DNA of 64,000 nt from Bacteroidota bacterium (lineage in GTDB: Bacteria; Bacteroidota; Ignavibacteria; UBA10030; UBA8401): NCBI GenBank assembly GCA_027622375.1, contig JAQCAB010000002.1:95663-159662 (forward strand), written 5' to 3'. Each line of letters begins with the position of its first letter. Position 1 is the first letter of the stretch. A program made the position numbers and the translations under genes. The notes beneath the pieces were generated by a model. The model was not told where the DNA came from, did not search any database, and saw only the letters and a list, made by a program, of their open reading frames with translations. This document shows positions 18,891 through 30,237 of the stretch, piece after piece.

Positions 18891-20744
18891 ATGTATCAGT
18901 TTAGCGCAGAGTTTGGATCTCAGGAGCGGAAAAGAATTTTTCAAAGAATAATTTGGATTGGCTTTAGTGTAGTAATTATTCGTTTATTCCAATTACAATA
19001 TATTTACTATGAGGAATTTGGAAAGGTCTCAATAGAAAACTCAATTCGTACTGTTATTCAAGAACCAATTCGCGGATACATTTACGATAGAAATAAAAAT
19101 CTGATTGTTAGTAATAAACCCTCGTATACAATTATGATTGTTCCAGCAGATTTTAATGAAAAAAATATTCCTCTTCTCGCCTACATTTTAAAAATCCCGG
19201 AAAGTGAAGTGATTGAAAGTTTGCGAAAAGCAAAAATTTATAATCGATTTGTTCCATCAAGATTAAAAAGAGATATAACTTATGATCAGATGGTTTTATT
19301 AGCAGAATATTTAAAAAAACTTCCAGGCATTGAAGTTGAAGCCGAAACAAAGCGATCATATGTAAGCGAGTCAAAAATATCTCATGCTTTAGGATATGTT
19401 AAAGAAATTTCAAAACGGCAATTGGAAAAAGATGATTTGTTTTATCGTCCCGGAGATATGATTGGCAGTAATGGAATTGAAGCAAAGTATGAAGAATTTT
19501 TAAGAGGTATTAAGGGTTATAAATACATTTCGCAAAATTCTAAAGGTCAAAATGTTGGAACTTTCAATGAAGGTAAAAATGATATTGATCCAATTGATGG
19601 CGCAGATTTACATCTTGAAATTGATATCAATGTTCAATCACTTGCAGAATCATTATTGTCAATTCATCGTGGTGCGATAGTTGCAATTGACCCACGAAAT
19701 GGTGGGGTGATTGCATTTGCAAGTAAACCTGATTACGATTTAACTGAATTTAGTGGAGTAACCTCATCAAAAGTATGGAATAGTTTAATAACCGATTTAA
19801 AAAAACCACTTTTCAATCGGGCATCGATGACAAAATATCCACCAGGTTCAACTTTTAAAATGATTGTTGCAATTTCTGCATTGGAAAAAAATATAATTGA
19901 TGAAAATTGGAGAGTTCAATGTAGAGGGGGTTTTCAATTTGGAAATAAATATTTTAAAGATCTTCATGTTCATGGATCAACAAATATTGTAGAAGCAATT
20001 CAGCGCTCATGCAATGTTTTTTTCTATCAATTAATGTTAAAAGTAGGTCTTGATAACTGGAGCTTTTATGGAAAAGAATTTGGTTTTGGCGAGCAAACAG
20101 GTGTTGATATTTTAGAGGAAAATCCCGGATTGCTACCATCTACAGAATATTATAATAAAACTTACGGAGTTGGAAAATGGACACAAGGTTATTTAATTAG
20201 TTTAGGAATTGGTCAGGGAGAATTAGGAGTATCTCCAATTCAAATGGCAAGTTATACTTCTATGTTGGCTAATAAAGGAAAATTTATTCAACCACATATT
20301 TTGAATTATGCTTATGATCGAAATAAAAAGAATAAAAGTCTTACTAAATTTTCAAATCGCCAAATTAATGTTTCAGAAAAAACTTGGGATATTGTTCGTG
20401 AAGGGATGAGAAGAGTTGTAATGGAACCGGGTGGAACCGCATCTGGCGCGAGAGTTAAAGATGTAATTGTTGCCGGCAAAACCGGAACTGCGCAAAATCC
20501 ACATGGCGAAGATCATTCTTGGTTTATTGGATTTGCACCATTTGATAATCCACAAATAGCAATTTGTGTTTTGGTTGAAAATGTTGGTTCCGGCGGAACT
20601 TATGCAGCACCATTTGCAGGTAAATGTATTGATCGTTTTTTACATCCAATTAATAAGTCAGAAAAGTTTGAAAAACAACAAATCATAAAAAATGAAAATG
20701 ATTCTTTAAAAATAATTTCCCTTCAAGAAGGAGTAATTGATTAA
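18891..20744 (+). CDS. mrdA: Penicillin-binding protein 2 (peptidoglycan D,D-transpeptidase)
   Basis: 'GSTFK' (SxxK), 'SCN' and 'KTGTAQ' motifs, with an N-terminal TM helix. Confidence 0.9.
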   Translation: MYQFSAEFGSQERKRIFQRIIWIGFSVVIIRLFQLQYIYYEEFGKVSIENSIRTVIQEPIRGYIYDRNKNLIVSNKPSYTIMIVPADFNEKNIPLLAYILKIPESEVIESLRKAKIYNRFVPSRLKRDITYDQMVLLAEYLKKLPGIEVEAETKRSYVSESKISHALGYVKEISKRQLEKDDLFYRPGDMIGSNGIEAKYEEFLRGIKGYKYISQNSKGQNVGTFNEGKNDIDPIDGADLHLEIDINVQSLAESLLSIHRGAIVAIDPRNGGVIAFASKPDYDLTEFSGVTSSKVWNSLITDLKKPLFNRASMTKYPPGSTFKMIVAISALEKNIIDENWRVQCRGGFQFGNKYFKDLHVHGSTNIVEAIQRSCNVFFYQLMLKVGLDNWSFYGKEFGFGEQTGVDILEENPGLLPSTEYYNKTYGVGKWTQGYLISLGIGQGELGVSPIQMASYTSMLANKGKFIQPHILNYAYDRNKKNKSLTKFSNRQINVSEKTWDIVREGMRRVVMEPGGTASGARVKDVIVAGKTGTAQNPHGEDHSWFIGFAPFDNPQIAICVLVENVGSGGTYAAPFAGKCIDRFLHPINKSEKFEKQQIIKNENDSLKIISLQEGVID

Positions 20745-21961
20745 TGTCAGATATTGTAAAACAATACTTTGATTATAAATTGCTTTTAACTTTTATTGCG
20801 CTACTTGCAATTGGACTTGTTTCAATTTATAGTTCTACAGTTGGGACACAACAATATTTAAATTTTTACAGACAATTAGCATGGGGAGCGATTGGTTTAA
20901 TTCTATTATTAATCGGAATGTTTATTCCGCTCAAAGAGCTTGAAAGATCTTCCTATGTAATTTATTTTGCGTCACTAGTTTTATTAGGACTTGTTTTAAT
21001 TATTGGTCATAGTGTTAATGGCGCAAAAAGCTGGTTTGGTTTTGGTGGGATTGGTATTCAACCATCCGAGTTTGTAAAGTTTACTACAATAATTGCAGCA
21101 GCAAGTTATTTAGGAAAACAAACAACATCAATTACAAATTTAAAAAATATTTTAACAGTAACTAGTATTGTTATTTTGCCCGTGATATTAATTATTCTTC
21201 AGCCAGACCTTGGAACAGCTATAACATATTTTGGATTTTTTATTCCATTAATTTATTGGTCTGGTTCATCAAACGTGTTAATAATTGCAATTATTTCTCC
21301 CGTAGTTACAGCCGTGCTTTCTTTTTTAGGAACACCATATTTTATAATTGCATTAATTTTAGTTGCTGTTTTAATATTTTTACTAAAAGAAGATTTATTT
21401 ACAAGTGCAGTTTTATTTGGGATAAATATTTTTTCGGGAGTTGTTATACAATTAATTTATAATAGATTACCAATCCATCAACAAAAAAGAATTTTAACTT
21501 TTTTAGATCCTTCTGTAGATCCACTTGGTGCGGGATATAATATTATTCAATCAAAAGTTGCAATTGGGAGTGGTGGATTATTTGGTAAAGGTTTTATGCA
21601 GGGCTCTCAAACAAGATTAAGTTTTATTCCAAAACAATGGACCGATTTTATTTTTTGTGTTCCAGGAGAAGAATTTGGATTTATTGGCGCAATAATAATT
21701 TTGGGTCTGTTTGCATATTTACTTTATAGGGGATTATGGATTGCATCAGTAACGCGAAATAGATTTGGGAGTTTAGTAGCAATTGGAATTACATCTTTAT
21801 TTGCAATTCATATTTTTGCAAATATCGGAATGGTTATTGGATTAATGCCAGTTATAGGAATTCCATTACCATTTTTAAGTTATGGTGGCTCATCATTATG
21901 TTCGTATATGTTGATGGCCGGATTACTTTTGAATGTGCATATAAATCGAAAGCTTTATTAA
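20744..21961 (+). CDS. rodA: Peptidoglycan glycosyltransferase RodA (SEDS family)
   Basis: FtsW/RodA/SpoVE-type multi-TM protein that overlaps the mrdA stop. Confidence 0.9.
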   Translation: MSDIVKQYFDYKLLLTFIALLAIGLVSIYSSTVGTQQYLNFYRQLAWGAIGLILLLIGMFIPLKELERSSYVIYFASLVLLGLVLIIGHSVNGAKSWFGFGGIGIQPSEFVKFTTIIAAASYLGKQTTSITNLKNILTVTSIVILPVILIILQPDLGTAITYFGFFIPLIYWSGSSNVLIIAIISPVVTAVLSFLGTPYFIIALILVAVLIFLLKEDLFTSAVLFGINIFSGVVIQLIYNRLPIHQQKRILTFLDPSVDPLGAGYNIIQSKVAIGSGGLFGKGFMQGSQTRLSFIPKQWTDFIFCVPGEEFGFIGAIIILGLFAYLLYRGLWIASVTRNRFGSLVAIGITSLFAIHIFANIGMVIGLMPVIGIPLPFLSYGGSSLCSYMLMAGLLLNVHINRKLY

Positions 21962-23013
21962 TTTTTTGAAAACTCTAAAACCTTTTTATCCATAACACCT
22001 CTCCACCAAAAAGGAACCAAAGCTAATAACATCATTGCCGGATAACCAGCTGGATGTTGTGGACTTTTATCAATATGTCGTAAAATTTGATATTTGCGAG
22101 ATGCATTTAAATGATGATCAGAATGGCGATTTAATTCAAATAAAAACCATCGACTTATATAATTATTTGAGCTCCAAGAATGTTCCATTGCTATTTTTTC
22201 GTAATTGCCTTCTTTATTAATATGACGAGTAAGTCCATAATGCTCTATATAGTTTACAATTTCAAGTTGTGTTACACCAATTAATCCGACAAATAAAAAA
22301 AGAATTGTTGTGATTAAACCAAACATCAAAAAAATAAAAATTATAAATGTTATTGTGAGAAGTTGAAACAAGATCATTTCATTTTTAATTGAAAAAAATT
22401 TATCGCCATTACTTTGTAATATTTTAGATTCAATTTTCCATGCGCTGATGTATGTATTAATTATTGTTCTTGGTAAAAATTTATAAATTGATTCACCAAA
22501 TCTTGCTGTTGCAGGATCATCAAAAGTTCCAACATTTTTATGATGTCCCCAAACATGCTCGATATAGTAATGCATGTAGCAATTTACAAGAAGTAAAAGT
22601 TTACCAATCCATCTTTCAAATATATTTGAACGATGAAATAATTCGTGTGCAACAGTTATTCCAACAGCGCCCGCAAGTGTCCCCATTGAAAGTGTCATAC
22701 CGATAATCTCAATTAATAATAAATCGTTTGAAGAAATTTTATATAAATAAATATATAATCCATAATACACACCTATCAAATGACCGAATAAAATTAATGA
22801 AAAGAAAAATTTTTGATTTATTGAACTTTCTTCTTCTTTAGATAAATTTTTTATTCCAGAACCGATAAAGCATTCTAAAATTGGAAGAATTATAAAAACT
22901 ATAAATGGAGTTAAAAAACTTAAATAACCACCGGCACTTATCCCAATAACTGTCATTATCGGTATTGAATATGAAAGTAAATAAGGCGAAATTTTTACAA
23001 AGTTTTTTATCAT
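21958..23013 (-). CDS. AlkB-like membrane hydroxylase / fatty acid desaturase family protein
   Basis: Histidine boxes 'HELFHR', 'EHVWGHH', 'NYIEHYGL' and 'LNRHSDHH', which are the alkane-1-monooxygenase type. Confidence 0.7.
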   Translation of the reverse strand: MIKNFVKISPYLLSYSIPIMTVIGISAGGYLSFLTPFIVFIILPILECFIGSGIKNLSKEEESSINQKFFFSLILFGHLIGVYYGLYIYLYKISSNDLLLIEIIGMTLSMGTLAGAVGITVAHELFHRSNIFERWIGKLLLLVNCYMHYYIEHVWGHHKNVGTFDDPATARFGESIYKFLPRTIINTYISAWKIESKILQSNGDKFFSIKNEMILFQLLTITFIIFIFLMFGLITTILFLFVGLIGVTQLEIVNYIEHYGLTRHINKEGNYEKIAMEHSWSSNNYISRWFLFELNRHSDHHLNASRKYQILRHIDKSPQHPAGYPAMMLLALVPFWWRGVMDKKVLEFSKN

Positions 23014-23022
23014 ATCAAAAAA

Positions 23023-24435
23023 TTATTTTAGCAAAAACATACTTTTTGCAATTGATGTTGGTTTATTCAATTCCGAAAAAGTTTTTAATCTATATAAATA
23101 AACTCCAGATGGAACAAATGTACCATTATTACTTTTCCCATTCCAACTAATTGCATAATTGCCAGGATCTGTTGCACCTTCAAATAATTTTATAATCTCA
23201 TTCCCCAACAAATCATAAATAATTATAGATTGTTTGGATTGCAAATTAGTTTGCCAGGAAATTTTTGTAATTGGATTAAAAGGATTTGGATAATTTTGAA
23301 AAAGTTGAAATGAATTTATATTTACTTCTTCAAAATTAATTTTAGTTGATGTAGTATTAAATACCGAAATTGATTCAAGTAATTCGCCATTAAAACCAAA
23401 AAGCGCTAAATTTTCCCAAGGTGAACCAAGTGTTGGAGTAGAAATCCAATCAGGCTCCCAGTAAACTAAACCAATCCCATTTTTATTTGGGACATTTTTA
23501 ATTGTGTTCATCAATTTTGTTAAAAAATTCTTTTGTCCTTCAACCGTAGCGGGATAACCAGCGAGTAATTGATTTGAAGTTCCAACAATATTATTTGTGT
23601 TGTCATTCCAATTTAAAGTAAATGGATATGCAGTTTCAGTAATTAAAATTTTTTTATTATAACGAATTGACAAGTCACTCAGATTATTTTCTAAATCTAA
23701 AAAAGCTCCGTGCCACCATGGATAATATGATAAACCAATAATATCAAAATTTACACCTTTTGAAATTAGTCCATCAAAAAACCAACGCGAAGAATTATTA
23801 TCACCACCACGATCTATATGAATCATAATTAATAAAGAGTCATTTTGTTGAATCGCATCTTTAATTCCATCATTTGCAGATTTTATTAGATCGCAAAAAT
23901 TATTCCATTGCTCGTTTGAATTATATTGACCGCAAATTCGGCCATCATTCCAAAGCATACCACAAATAATTTCATTCCCAATTTGAACCATGTCTGGCAA
24001 AACAGAATTATCTTTTAAAGTTTTGATTACATTTTTTGTATAATTTTTTATGCTATCTTTTAGTAACGGGAAAGTTAATCCATTCCACAGTGCAGGTTTT
24101 GTTTGTTTCCCGGGATCAGCCCAAGTATCAGAATAATGAAAATCCAACAATAATTTTAATCCATTATTTTTAATTCTTTTTGCAGCCTGTAAAACATTTT
24201 GAAGATTATTATAACCACCTGTTGGTGAATGCCAAATTTTTAATCTTGCATAATTAATTCCATGTGATTTAAAAATCTGAATTGGATCTTTTACAATCCC
24301 TTTTTCTTTATAAACTCCACCATTCGCTTCAATTTGTAAAAGAGTTGAAACATCAACTCCTTTAATAAAATCGGTTTGGGAAAAAAGAGAAAAAGAAAAT
24401 ATTAAAATTAATACAATAAACTTTTTCAATTGCAA
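23023..24435 (-). CDS. GH53 arabinogalactan endo-1,4-beta-galactosidase with T9SS C-terminal sorting domain
   Basis: 'GVDVSTLLQIEANGGVY...NYARLKIWHSP' is a GH53-like (beta/alpha)8 N-terminus. C-terminal 'QNYPNPFNPITKISW...IIIYDLLGNEI' is the Por/T9SS CTD. Confidence 0.75.
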   Translation of the reverse strand: MQLKKFIVLILIFSFSLFSQTDFIKGVDVSTLLQIEANGGVYKEKGIVKDPIQIFKSHGINYARLKIWHSPTGGYNNLQNVLQAAKRIKNNGLKLLLDFHYSDTWADPGKQTKPALWNGLTFPLLKDSIKNYTKNVIKTLKDNSVLPDMVQIGNEIICGMLWNDGRICGQYNSNEQWNNFCDLIKSANDGIKDAIQQNDSLLIMIHIDRGGDNNSSRWFFDGLISKGVNFDIIGLSYYPWWHGAFLDLENNLSDLSIRYNKKILITETAYPFTLNWNDNTNNIVGTSNQLLAGYPATVEGQKNFLTKLMNTIKNVPNKNGIGLVYWEPDWISTPTLGSPWENLALFGFNGELLESISVFNTTSTKINFEEVNINSFQLFQNYPNPFNPITKISWQTNLQSKQSIIIYDLLGNEIIKLFEGATDPGNYAISWNGKSNNGTFVPSGVYLYRLKTFSELNKPTSIAKSMFLLK

Positions 24436-24471
24436 AATTGATAAATGATTGAATTTGCAGAAAAAATAAAA

Positions 24472-26184
24472 CTACTTCATCAAGATCATACTTTTAGAAA
24501 TTGTAACTGGAGTATTTGATTTTGAGTTAGCAATTAAATTGTAAAAGTAAATTCCGGATGAAACTGATTCATTATTATTTCCTTTCCCATTCCAAACAAC
24601 CGAATGATTGCCCTCAGAAATTTCTGAATCATAAAGTTTACAAACTTCATTTCCCAAAACATCGTAAATAATAATTTTTACTTTTGCAGAATTAATCGAG
24701 CTAAAATTAATTGTAGTTGTTGGATTAAACGGATTTGGAAAATTTTGATGTAACACAAATTTAGTTGGAACAATATTTTCTTTTCCAATATTTGATGAAA
24801 TATTTACTGTTACCGATCCATAACTTCGAGTTGTAATTGCTCTTGTTGACGTAGAATTTGGAGGCGCAATTGAAAAAATCTCCTCATTGCCATTCTCAAA
24901 TAAAATTATATTGCCAGCATAATCAACAGTTAAATCAGCATTAGTGCTAATATTACCACCAATTGAGCCTGGGAATAAAGCTGGTTTAAAAATTAATTTA
25001 GCTTCGGGGAAGAATCCATTGAGTGAAGTAATTTCGTGAACTCCAATATTTAAAGTATCTGTTCCGCTTGCACCTCTAACAGAAACATAAAGTGTATCAT
25101 CATCAGCACTTGATAAATTTGAACCTCTTTTTAAAGCAAGTCCAATTGGCGAGCCACCAGTTCCAAAACTGACAGACCAAACTGCATTAATTCTACGAAC
25201 AGGTAATTGCCCTGAAAGAGAATATTTTTCAACAGCAATTCCCGCTCCACCTGTAACCCCAGCACGCAAAGCAGCAATTAAATTTCCCTCATCGTCAATA
25301 ATTACATCACGCACATAATTACTAAGTTTTGCAATTGTATCAATTGATGTTGCAGTATCATCCCCAACAAATTGAGCGCGCAAAACAATTGTATCAGCAG
25401 CAATAAAAAGACGAAAATTATTTCCAGCTCCAAAAGCCGCAATCCCACGAGGTTGAGAAATATTTTTTGCAACTACTTTTGGAGTTGATGTATCAGTTGA
25501 CATTTTGAAAATTTTCCCACCGCTATTTGAAGTCGCAAAAATTCTTCCCGCATTATCCAAAGTTGAATACCACGGAGCAGTTGATCCCCAATCAATTGTG
25601 CCACCGATATTTGCATTTCCTAAAGTATTTAATAAAATAGGATGATCAGTATCGCTCCCGGCATAAGTTATATCTGAATTAAAACGAAGTATTCCTGTTT
25701 TTAATCTTTCATCACTTGCGTCAGAATTAGCTGCATAAATGTATCCAAAGCTCGGGTGATTTAATATTTTATTTGCATCAACACCTCGAGTGTAAATTGC
25801 TTTTGTCTCGTAAGTTTTTACAAAACTAAAACAACTATATTTCGTTGAAGAATATGTTTTACGATTTGTGGTTACTTGAGCAAAATATTTTTTATTTGTT
25901 ACACTTCCGGTGCCATCCCAAATAATATTATTTTTCCCGGGGATTTGTTTTCCGGCATTTATTGTTACAACTGCAGAATTGGTGGCTTCATCAACAATTT
26001 TAATTATTACATTATCTGCTGTATCATTTAAAATATAATTGATAGCAGCAAGTGTCCCATCTTTAAAATTTCCATCAAAAATTGATCCATTTGGATTTGT
26101 AATTTTTATTCTCGAGGCAAATGTATCACAAAAAATCAAAGAAGGTAAAAAAAGAATAACAATCAGAATTATTTTTATTTTCAT
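24472..26184 (-). CDS. Secreted T9SS cargo protein of unknown function (beta-rich)
   Basis: Signal peptide plus C-terminal 'LHQNFPNPFNPTTTINFS...IIIYDVLGNEV...GIYFY' T9SS sorting domain. Confidence 0.6.
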   Translation of the reverse strand: MKIKIILIVILFLPSLIFCDTFASRIKITNPNGSIFDGNFKDGTLAAINYILNDTADNVIIKIVDEATNSAVVTINAGKQIPGKNNIIWDGTGSVTNKKYFAQVTTNRKTYSSTKYSCFSFVKTYETKAIYTRGVDANKILNHPSFGYIYAANSDASDERLKTGILRFNSDITYAGSDTDHPILLNTLGNANIGGTIDWGSTAPWYSTLDNAGRIFATSNSGGKIFKMSTDTSTPKVVAKNISQPRGIAAFGAGNNFRLFIAADTIVLRAQFVGDDTATSIDTIAKLSNYVRDVIIDDEGNLIAALRAGVTGGAGIAVEKYSLSGQLPVRRINAVWSVSFGTGGSPIGLALKRGSNLSSADDDTLYVSVRGASGTDTLNIGVHEITSLNGFFPEAKLIFKPALFPGSIGGNISTNADLTVDYAGNIILFENGNEEIFSIAPPNSTSTRAITTRSYGSVTVNISSNIGKENIVPTKFVLHQNFPNPFNPTTTINFSSINSAKVKIIIYDVLGNEVCKLYDSEISEGNHSVVWNGKGNNNESVSSGIYFYNLIANSKSNTPVTISKSMILMK

Positions 26185-26326
26185 GTTTAAATCCTTTAAT
26201 GTTGAATTTATTACAATATATAAAAGAAATTAACAGTATTGATATTGAAGTTTCCTGTTTAAAAATCAATGCAAAGTTTGTATTTTTGTATTCACTTTTT
26301 CAAATATTAATTCAGAAAAATACTAA

Positions 26327-27586
26327 ATGGAAATTAATCATCAAAAAATAACTAAATGTGGTGAGCAAGTTGATATTACATTAACTCAAAACGAACTATT
26401 GCCTTATTTTGATACCGCTTATAAAAAAGCTGCAAAAACAATTAAAATGGATGGTTTTCGCCCGGGGAAAGCACCGGTTGAGATTGTAAAAAAACTTTAT
26501 GGTGAGTCAATTCAATTAGATTCACTTCAAGAAATTGCAGATAAATCTTTTAGAGAAATAATGAAAGAGAAAAATATTTCGCCAATCGGGACCCCACAAA
26601 TGACGGATATCCAATTTAAACCGGGAGATCCATTAAAGTTTACAATTAAATATGAAGTGAAACCGGTTATTGAATTAAAAAATTATAAGAAACTTAAAAT
26701 TGAAAAACCAACTTATAATATTACCTCCTCAAATGTTGATGAAGAAAAAAGAAGATTGCAAAGAATTCATGCAACTTATACTGCCGCTCAAAAAGTTGAT
26801 AATGAAGAATTTGTTGCAACAGTTAATATTAAAGAGTTTGATGAAAAGGGAAATGAAATTGTAGATCGAAAAAGAGATGGTGTAAAAATTTACTTAAATG
26901 AAGAATCAACAGAAAAAGAAATTAAAGAATCACTTAAAGATGCTGAAGTAAATGGAACTTACCCTGCAAGTTTTACACATAAACACGAAGATCACGAACA
27001 TAAAATAAACTTAGAATTAAATGTTACAGCTATTGAAAGTGTTGTGCTTGCAGAATTTAATGATGAGTTTGTAAAAAAAGTTACAAATGATAAAATGAAT
27101 TCAGTAACTGAGTTTGAAGAAAATGTAAAAAAAGATTTAGAAAATTATTTTAATGATCAAAGTCAAAAAAAGTATTTAGATAATTTAACTCAAGAAATAG
27201 TAAAAATGCACGACATTGAAGTCCCAGAAAGTTTAGTAAATAGTATTTTAACAAGTTTTGTTGAGGAAGATAAAAAGCAATATGGTAAAAATTTACCTCC
27301 AGATTTTAATGAAGAAAAATATCGCGAAACTTTAAAACCAACAGCAACTTGGCAAGCAAAATGGTTTTTGTTGAGAGAAGAAATTTTAGTCGCTGAAAAA
27401 ATTACTTTGAGTGACGAGGATATTGAAAAACAAGTTGATACTGAAGCTATAAAGCTCGGAATTGACAAAACCACGCTTTTGAATTTCTACAAAACATCTG
27501 ATAAATTCAGGGAAAAATTATTAACTGACAAACTCTTTGATTTCTTGCAAAAAGAAACCATTATTGTCGAGAAAATGGTAAATTAA
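26327..27586 (+). CDS. tig: Trigger factor
   Basis: 'MDGFRPGKAP' motif and a length of about 420 aa. Followed by clpP-clpX. Confidence 0.9.
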   Translation: MEINHQKITKCGEQVDITLTQNELLPYFDTAYKKAAKTIKMDGFRPGKAPVEIVKKLYGESIQLDSLQEIADKSFREIMKEKNISPIGTPQMTDIQFKPGDPLKFTIKYEVKPVIELKNYKKLKIEKPTYNITSSNVDEEKRRLQRIHATYTAAQKVDNEEFVATVNIKEFDEKGNEIVDRKRDGVKIYLNEESTEKEIKESLKDAEVNGTYPASFTHKHEDHEHKINLELNVTAIESVVLAEFNDEFVKKVTNDKMNSVTEFEENVKKDLENYFNDQSQKKYLDNLTQEIVKMHDIEVPESLVNSILTSFVEEDKKQYGKNLPPDFNEEKYRETLKPTATWQAKWFLLREEILVAEKITLSDEDIEKQVDTEAIKLGIDKTTLLNFYKTSDKFREKLLTDKLFDFLQKETIIVEKMVN

Positions 27587-27601
27587 ACAAAGGCAAAAAA
27601 A

Positions 27602-28240
27602 ATGGAATTTAATTTTAATAAAAATGAAAAATCTTTAAATCTTTACGATCAACTCGTACCAATGGTTGTTGAACAAACAAGCCGTGGCGAACGAGCGTAT
27701 GATATTTATTCACGACTTTTAAAAGAAAGAATTATTTTTGTTGGGAGCGAAATTAACGATATAGTTGCGAGTTTAATTATTGCACAAATGTTATTTTTAG
27801 AATCTGAAGATCCTGAAAAAGATATTCATCTTTATATAAATTCTCCTGGTGGATCTGTTTATTCAGGGCTCGCAATTTATGATACAATGCAGTACATTCG
27901 TCCAGATGTTTCAACAATTTGTGTTGGAATGGCTGCAAGTATGGGGGCAGTTTTATTACTCGCAGGAACTGCTGGAAAAAGAAAGTCACTTCCAAATTCC
28001 AGAATAATGATTCATCAACCTTGGGGTGGCGTTCAAGGAACAGCATCTGATATTAGTATTCAAGCTGAAGAAATATTAAAAACAAAAGATCGCATAAATG
28101 AAATTATTGGAAAGCATTGTGGTAAAACTGGACAAGAAGTAGCAAAGGATACCGACAGAGATAACTATATGTCATCTGAACAAGCAAAAAAATATGGAAT
28201 TATAGATACGATTCTTGTTAAAAAAAATGGTAAAAAATAA
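27602..28240 (+). CDS. clpP: ATP-dependent Clp protease proteolytic subunit
   Basis: 'GMAASMGA' with the catalytic Ser, and 'MIHQP' with His. Confidence 0.95.
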   Translation: MEFNFNKNEKSLNLYDQLVPMVVEQTSRGERAYDIYSRLLKERIIFVGSEINDIVASLIIAQMLFLESEDPEKDIHLYINSPGGSVYSGLAIYDTMQYIRPDVSTICVGMAASMGAVLLLAGTAGKRKSLPNSRIMIHQPWGGVQGTASDISIQAEEILKTKDRINEIIGKHCGKTGQEVAKDTDRDNYMSSEQAKKYGIIDTILVKKNGKK

Positions 28241-28243
28241 AAA

Positions 28244-29500
28244 ATGAATCAAAAAGGAAAAGACGGGACAACAATTATCCGCTGCTCGTTTTGCGGAAAA
28301 AGATCTGATGAAGTTCACAGCATGATTGCTGGTTCTGATTCTTATATCTGCGATTTTTGTATTACAACAAGTCTTGAAATAATTAAAAGTAATGTTACAA
28401 CAAATCGGCCAAAAAAACTGAAAAAAACAATTTATGTTCCGGCGACAATTAAAGAGGCTTTAGATGGACATGTAATTGAACAAGAAGAAGCGAAAAAAAG
28501 TTTAGCTGTTGCGGTTTATAATCATTATAAAAGAATTGAAACTGAAAAATCTCAAGATGAGAATGAAGTTGAAATTGAAAAAAGTAATATCCTTTTAATT
28601 GGACCAACCGGAACCGGTAAAACTCTTTTAGCTCAAACTTTAGCGAAAATTTTAAATGTTCCATTTGCAATTGCTGATGCTACAACATTAACCGAAGCTG
28701 GGTATGTAGGTGATGACGTTGAAACAATTTTAGTTCATCTTTTGCAAAATGCAGATTACAATGTTGAGCGAGCAGAGCGCGGAATTGTTTACATAGATGA
28801 GATTGATAAAATTAGTCGAAGGAGTGATAGTGCTTCAATTACAAGAGATGTTTCTGGCGAAGGTGTTCAACAAGCATTATTAAAAATTTTGGAAGGAACA
28901 ATTGCCGGTGTTCCACCAAAGGGAGGAAGAAAACACCCTGAACAAAGTTTAATAAATATTAATACGAGAAATATTTTATTTATTTGTGGAGGTGCTTTTG
29001 TTGGACTTGATAAAATTATTGCAAAAAGAATTTCACAAAATACAATCGGGTTTGATGTAAATATTAGCTCAAAAAATAATTTACCAACTGATGAACTTTT
29101 GCCAAATGTTGAACCGCATGATTTATTGAATTATGGATTAATTCCGGAATTTATTGGGAGACTTCCGGTTGTTACCACCTTACATTCTTTATCAAATAAA
29201 GCAATGTTAGATATTTTAACAAAACCGAAAAATGCTTTAATCAAGCAGTATAAAAAATTATTTAGGTTAGAGGGAGTAGATTTAGAATTTGAGCCACGCT
29301 CGCTTGATGTAATTGTTGATCTTGCTAAAAAAAGAGGAACTGGTGCTCGCGCGTTACGTTCGGTTTTGGAGAAATCAATGCAAAATATAATGTTTGAACT
29401 TCCATCAAGGACAAATATTCAAAAGTGCATTATTACAAGTGATACAATAATAAATGGTCACGAACCGATTTATTTAACGCAAAGTCGAAAAACAGCTTAG
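28244..29500 (+). CDS. clpX: ATP-dependent Clp protease ATP-binding subunit ClpX
   Basis: Zinc finger 'CSFCGK...CDFC' and Walker A '[15 protein letters not shown]'. Confidence 0.95.
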   Translation: MNQKGKDGTTIIRCSFCGKRSDEVHSMIAGSDSYICDFCITTSLEIIKSNVTTNRPKKLKKTIYVPATIKEALDGHVIEQEEAKKSLAVAVYNHYKRIETEKSQDENEVEIEKSNILLIGPTGTGKTLLAQTLAKILNVPFAIADATTLTEAGYVGDDVETILVHLLQNADYNVERAERGIVYIDEIDKISRRSDSASITRDVSGEGVQQALLKILEGTIAGVPPKGGRKHPEQSLININTRNILFICGGAFVGLDKIIAKRISQNTIGFDVNISSKNNLPTDELLPNVEPHDLLNYGLIPEFIGRLPVVTTLHSLSNKAMLDILTKPKNALIKQYKKLFRLEGVDLEFEPRSLDVIVDLAKKRGTGARALRSVLEKSMQNIMFELPSRTNIQKCIITSDTIINGHEPIYLTQSRKTA

Positions 29501-29502
29501 AA

Positions 29503-30237
29503 TTATTTAATAATTTTTGCCACAGCAGTAATTGCCGCAGTTTCTGAACGCAGTCGTCTTAAACCTAAACTAATAGTTTTAAAATTATTTTTAACCGCTG
29601 ATTCAATTTCGTTATCAGTAAAACCACCCTCAGGACCAATTGCAATTAAAATTTTTTTATAATTTTTTGATGATAAAAATAATTCATTTATATTTTTTAA
29701 TTGATCAGTTTTTTCGTGTGGGATTATTTTTAAATCAAAATTTTCAGAAGTTGAAATTAGCTCATTATAATCAATACAATTTTTTATTAATGGCAACCTA
29801 CATCTTGAAGACTGTTTCATTGATGAAAGAGCAATTTGCTGCCACCTTTTTATTTTGTCGTTTTTAGAAATAGTTCTATTTGAGATAAATGGTTGAAAAG
29901 AAAAACCCCCAAGCTCGGTACATTTTTCAATAATAAAATCTACACGCGAAGGATTTTTTAATAACGCAAATGCTAATGTAATTTCTAATTCAGCTTCATT
30001 GCAATTTAAATGCGTTGAAATTATTTTACACTCAATTTTAGATTTATCAATTTTTGTTATTTCAGATTTTATTGCAACACCACTTCCATTTACAACCCAA
30101 ATTAATTCACCAATTGATTTTCTTAAAACACGAGAAATATGATTTGCTTCATCACTTTCCAGAAATAAATTATCTGAAAAAATATTTTTATTATCTGTAT
30201 AAAAAAATTCTTCTTGCATTTTAAAAGGCTGCTCCAA
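29503..30237 (-). CDS. rsmE: 16S rRNA (uracil1498-N3)-methyltransferase RsmE
   Basis: C-terminal 'LIAIGPEGGFTDNE' RsmE signature. Confidence 0.8.
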   Translation of the reverse strand: MEQPFKMQEEFFYTDNKNIFSDNLFLESDEANHISRVLRKSIGELIWVVNGSGVAIKSEITKIDKSKIECKIISTHLNCNEAELEITLAFALLKNPSRVDFIIEKCTELGGFSFQPFISNRTISKNDKIKRWQQIALSSMKQSSRCRLPLIKNCIDYNELISTSENFDLKIIPHEKTDQLKNINELFLSSKNYKKILIAIGPEGGFTDNEIESAVKNNFKTISLGLRRLRSETAAITAVAKIIK

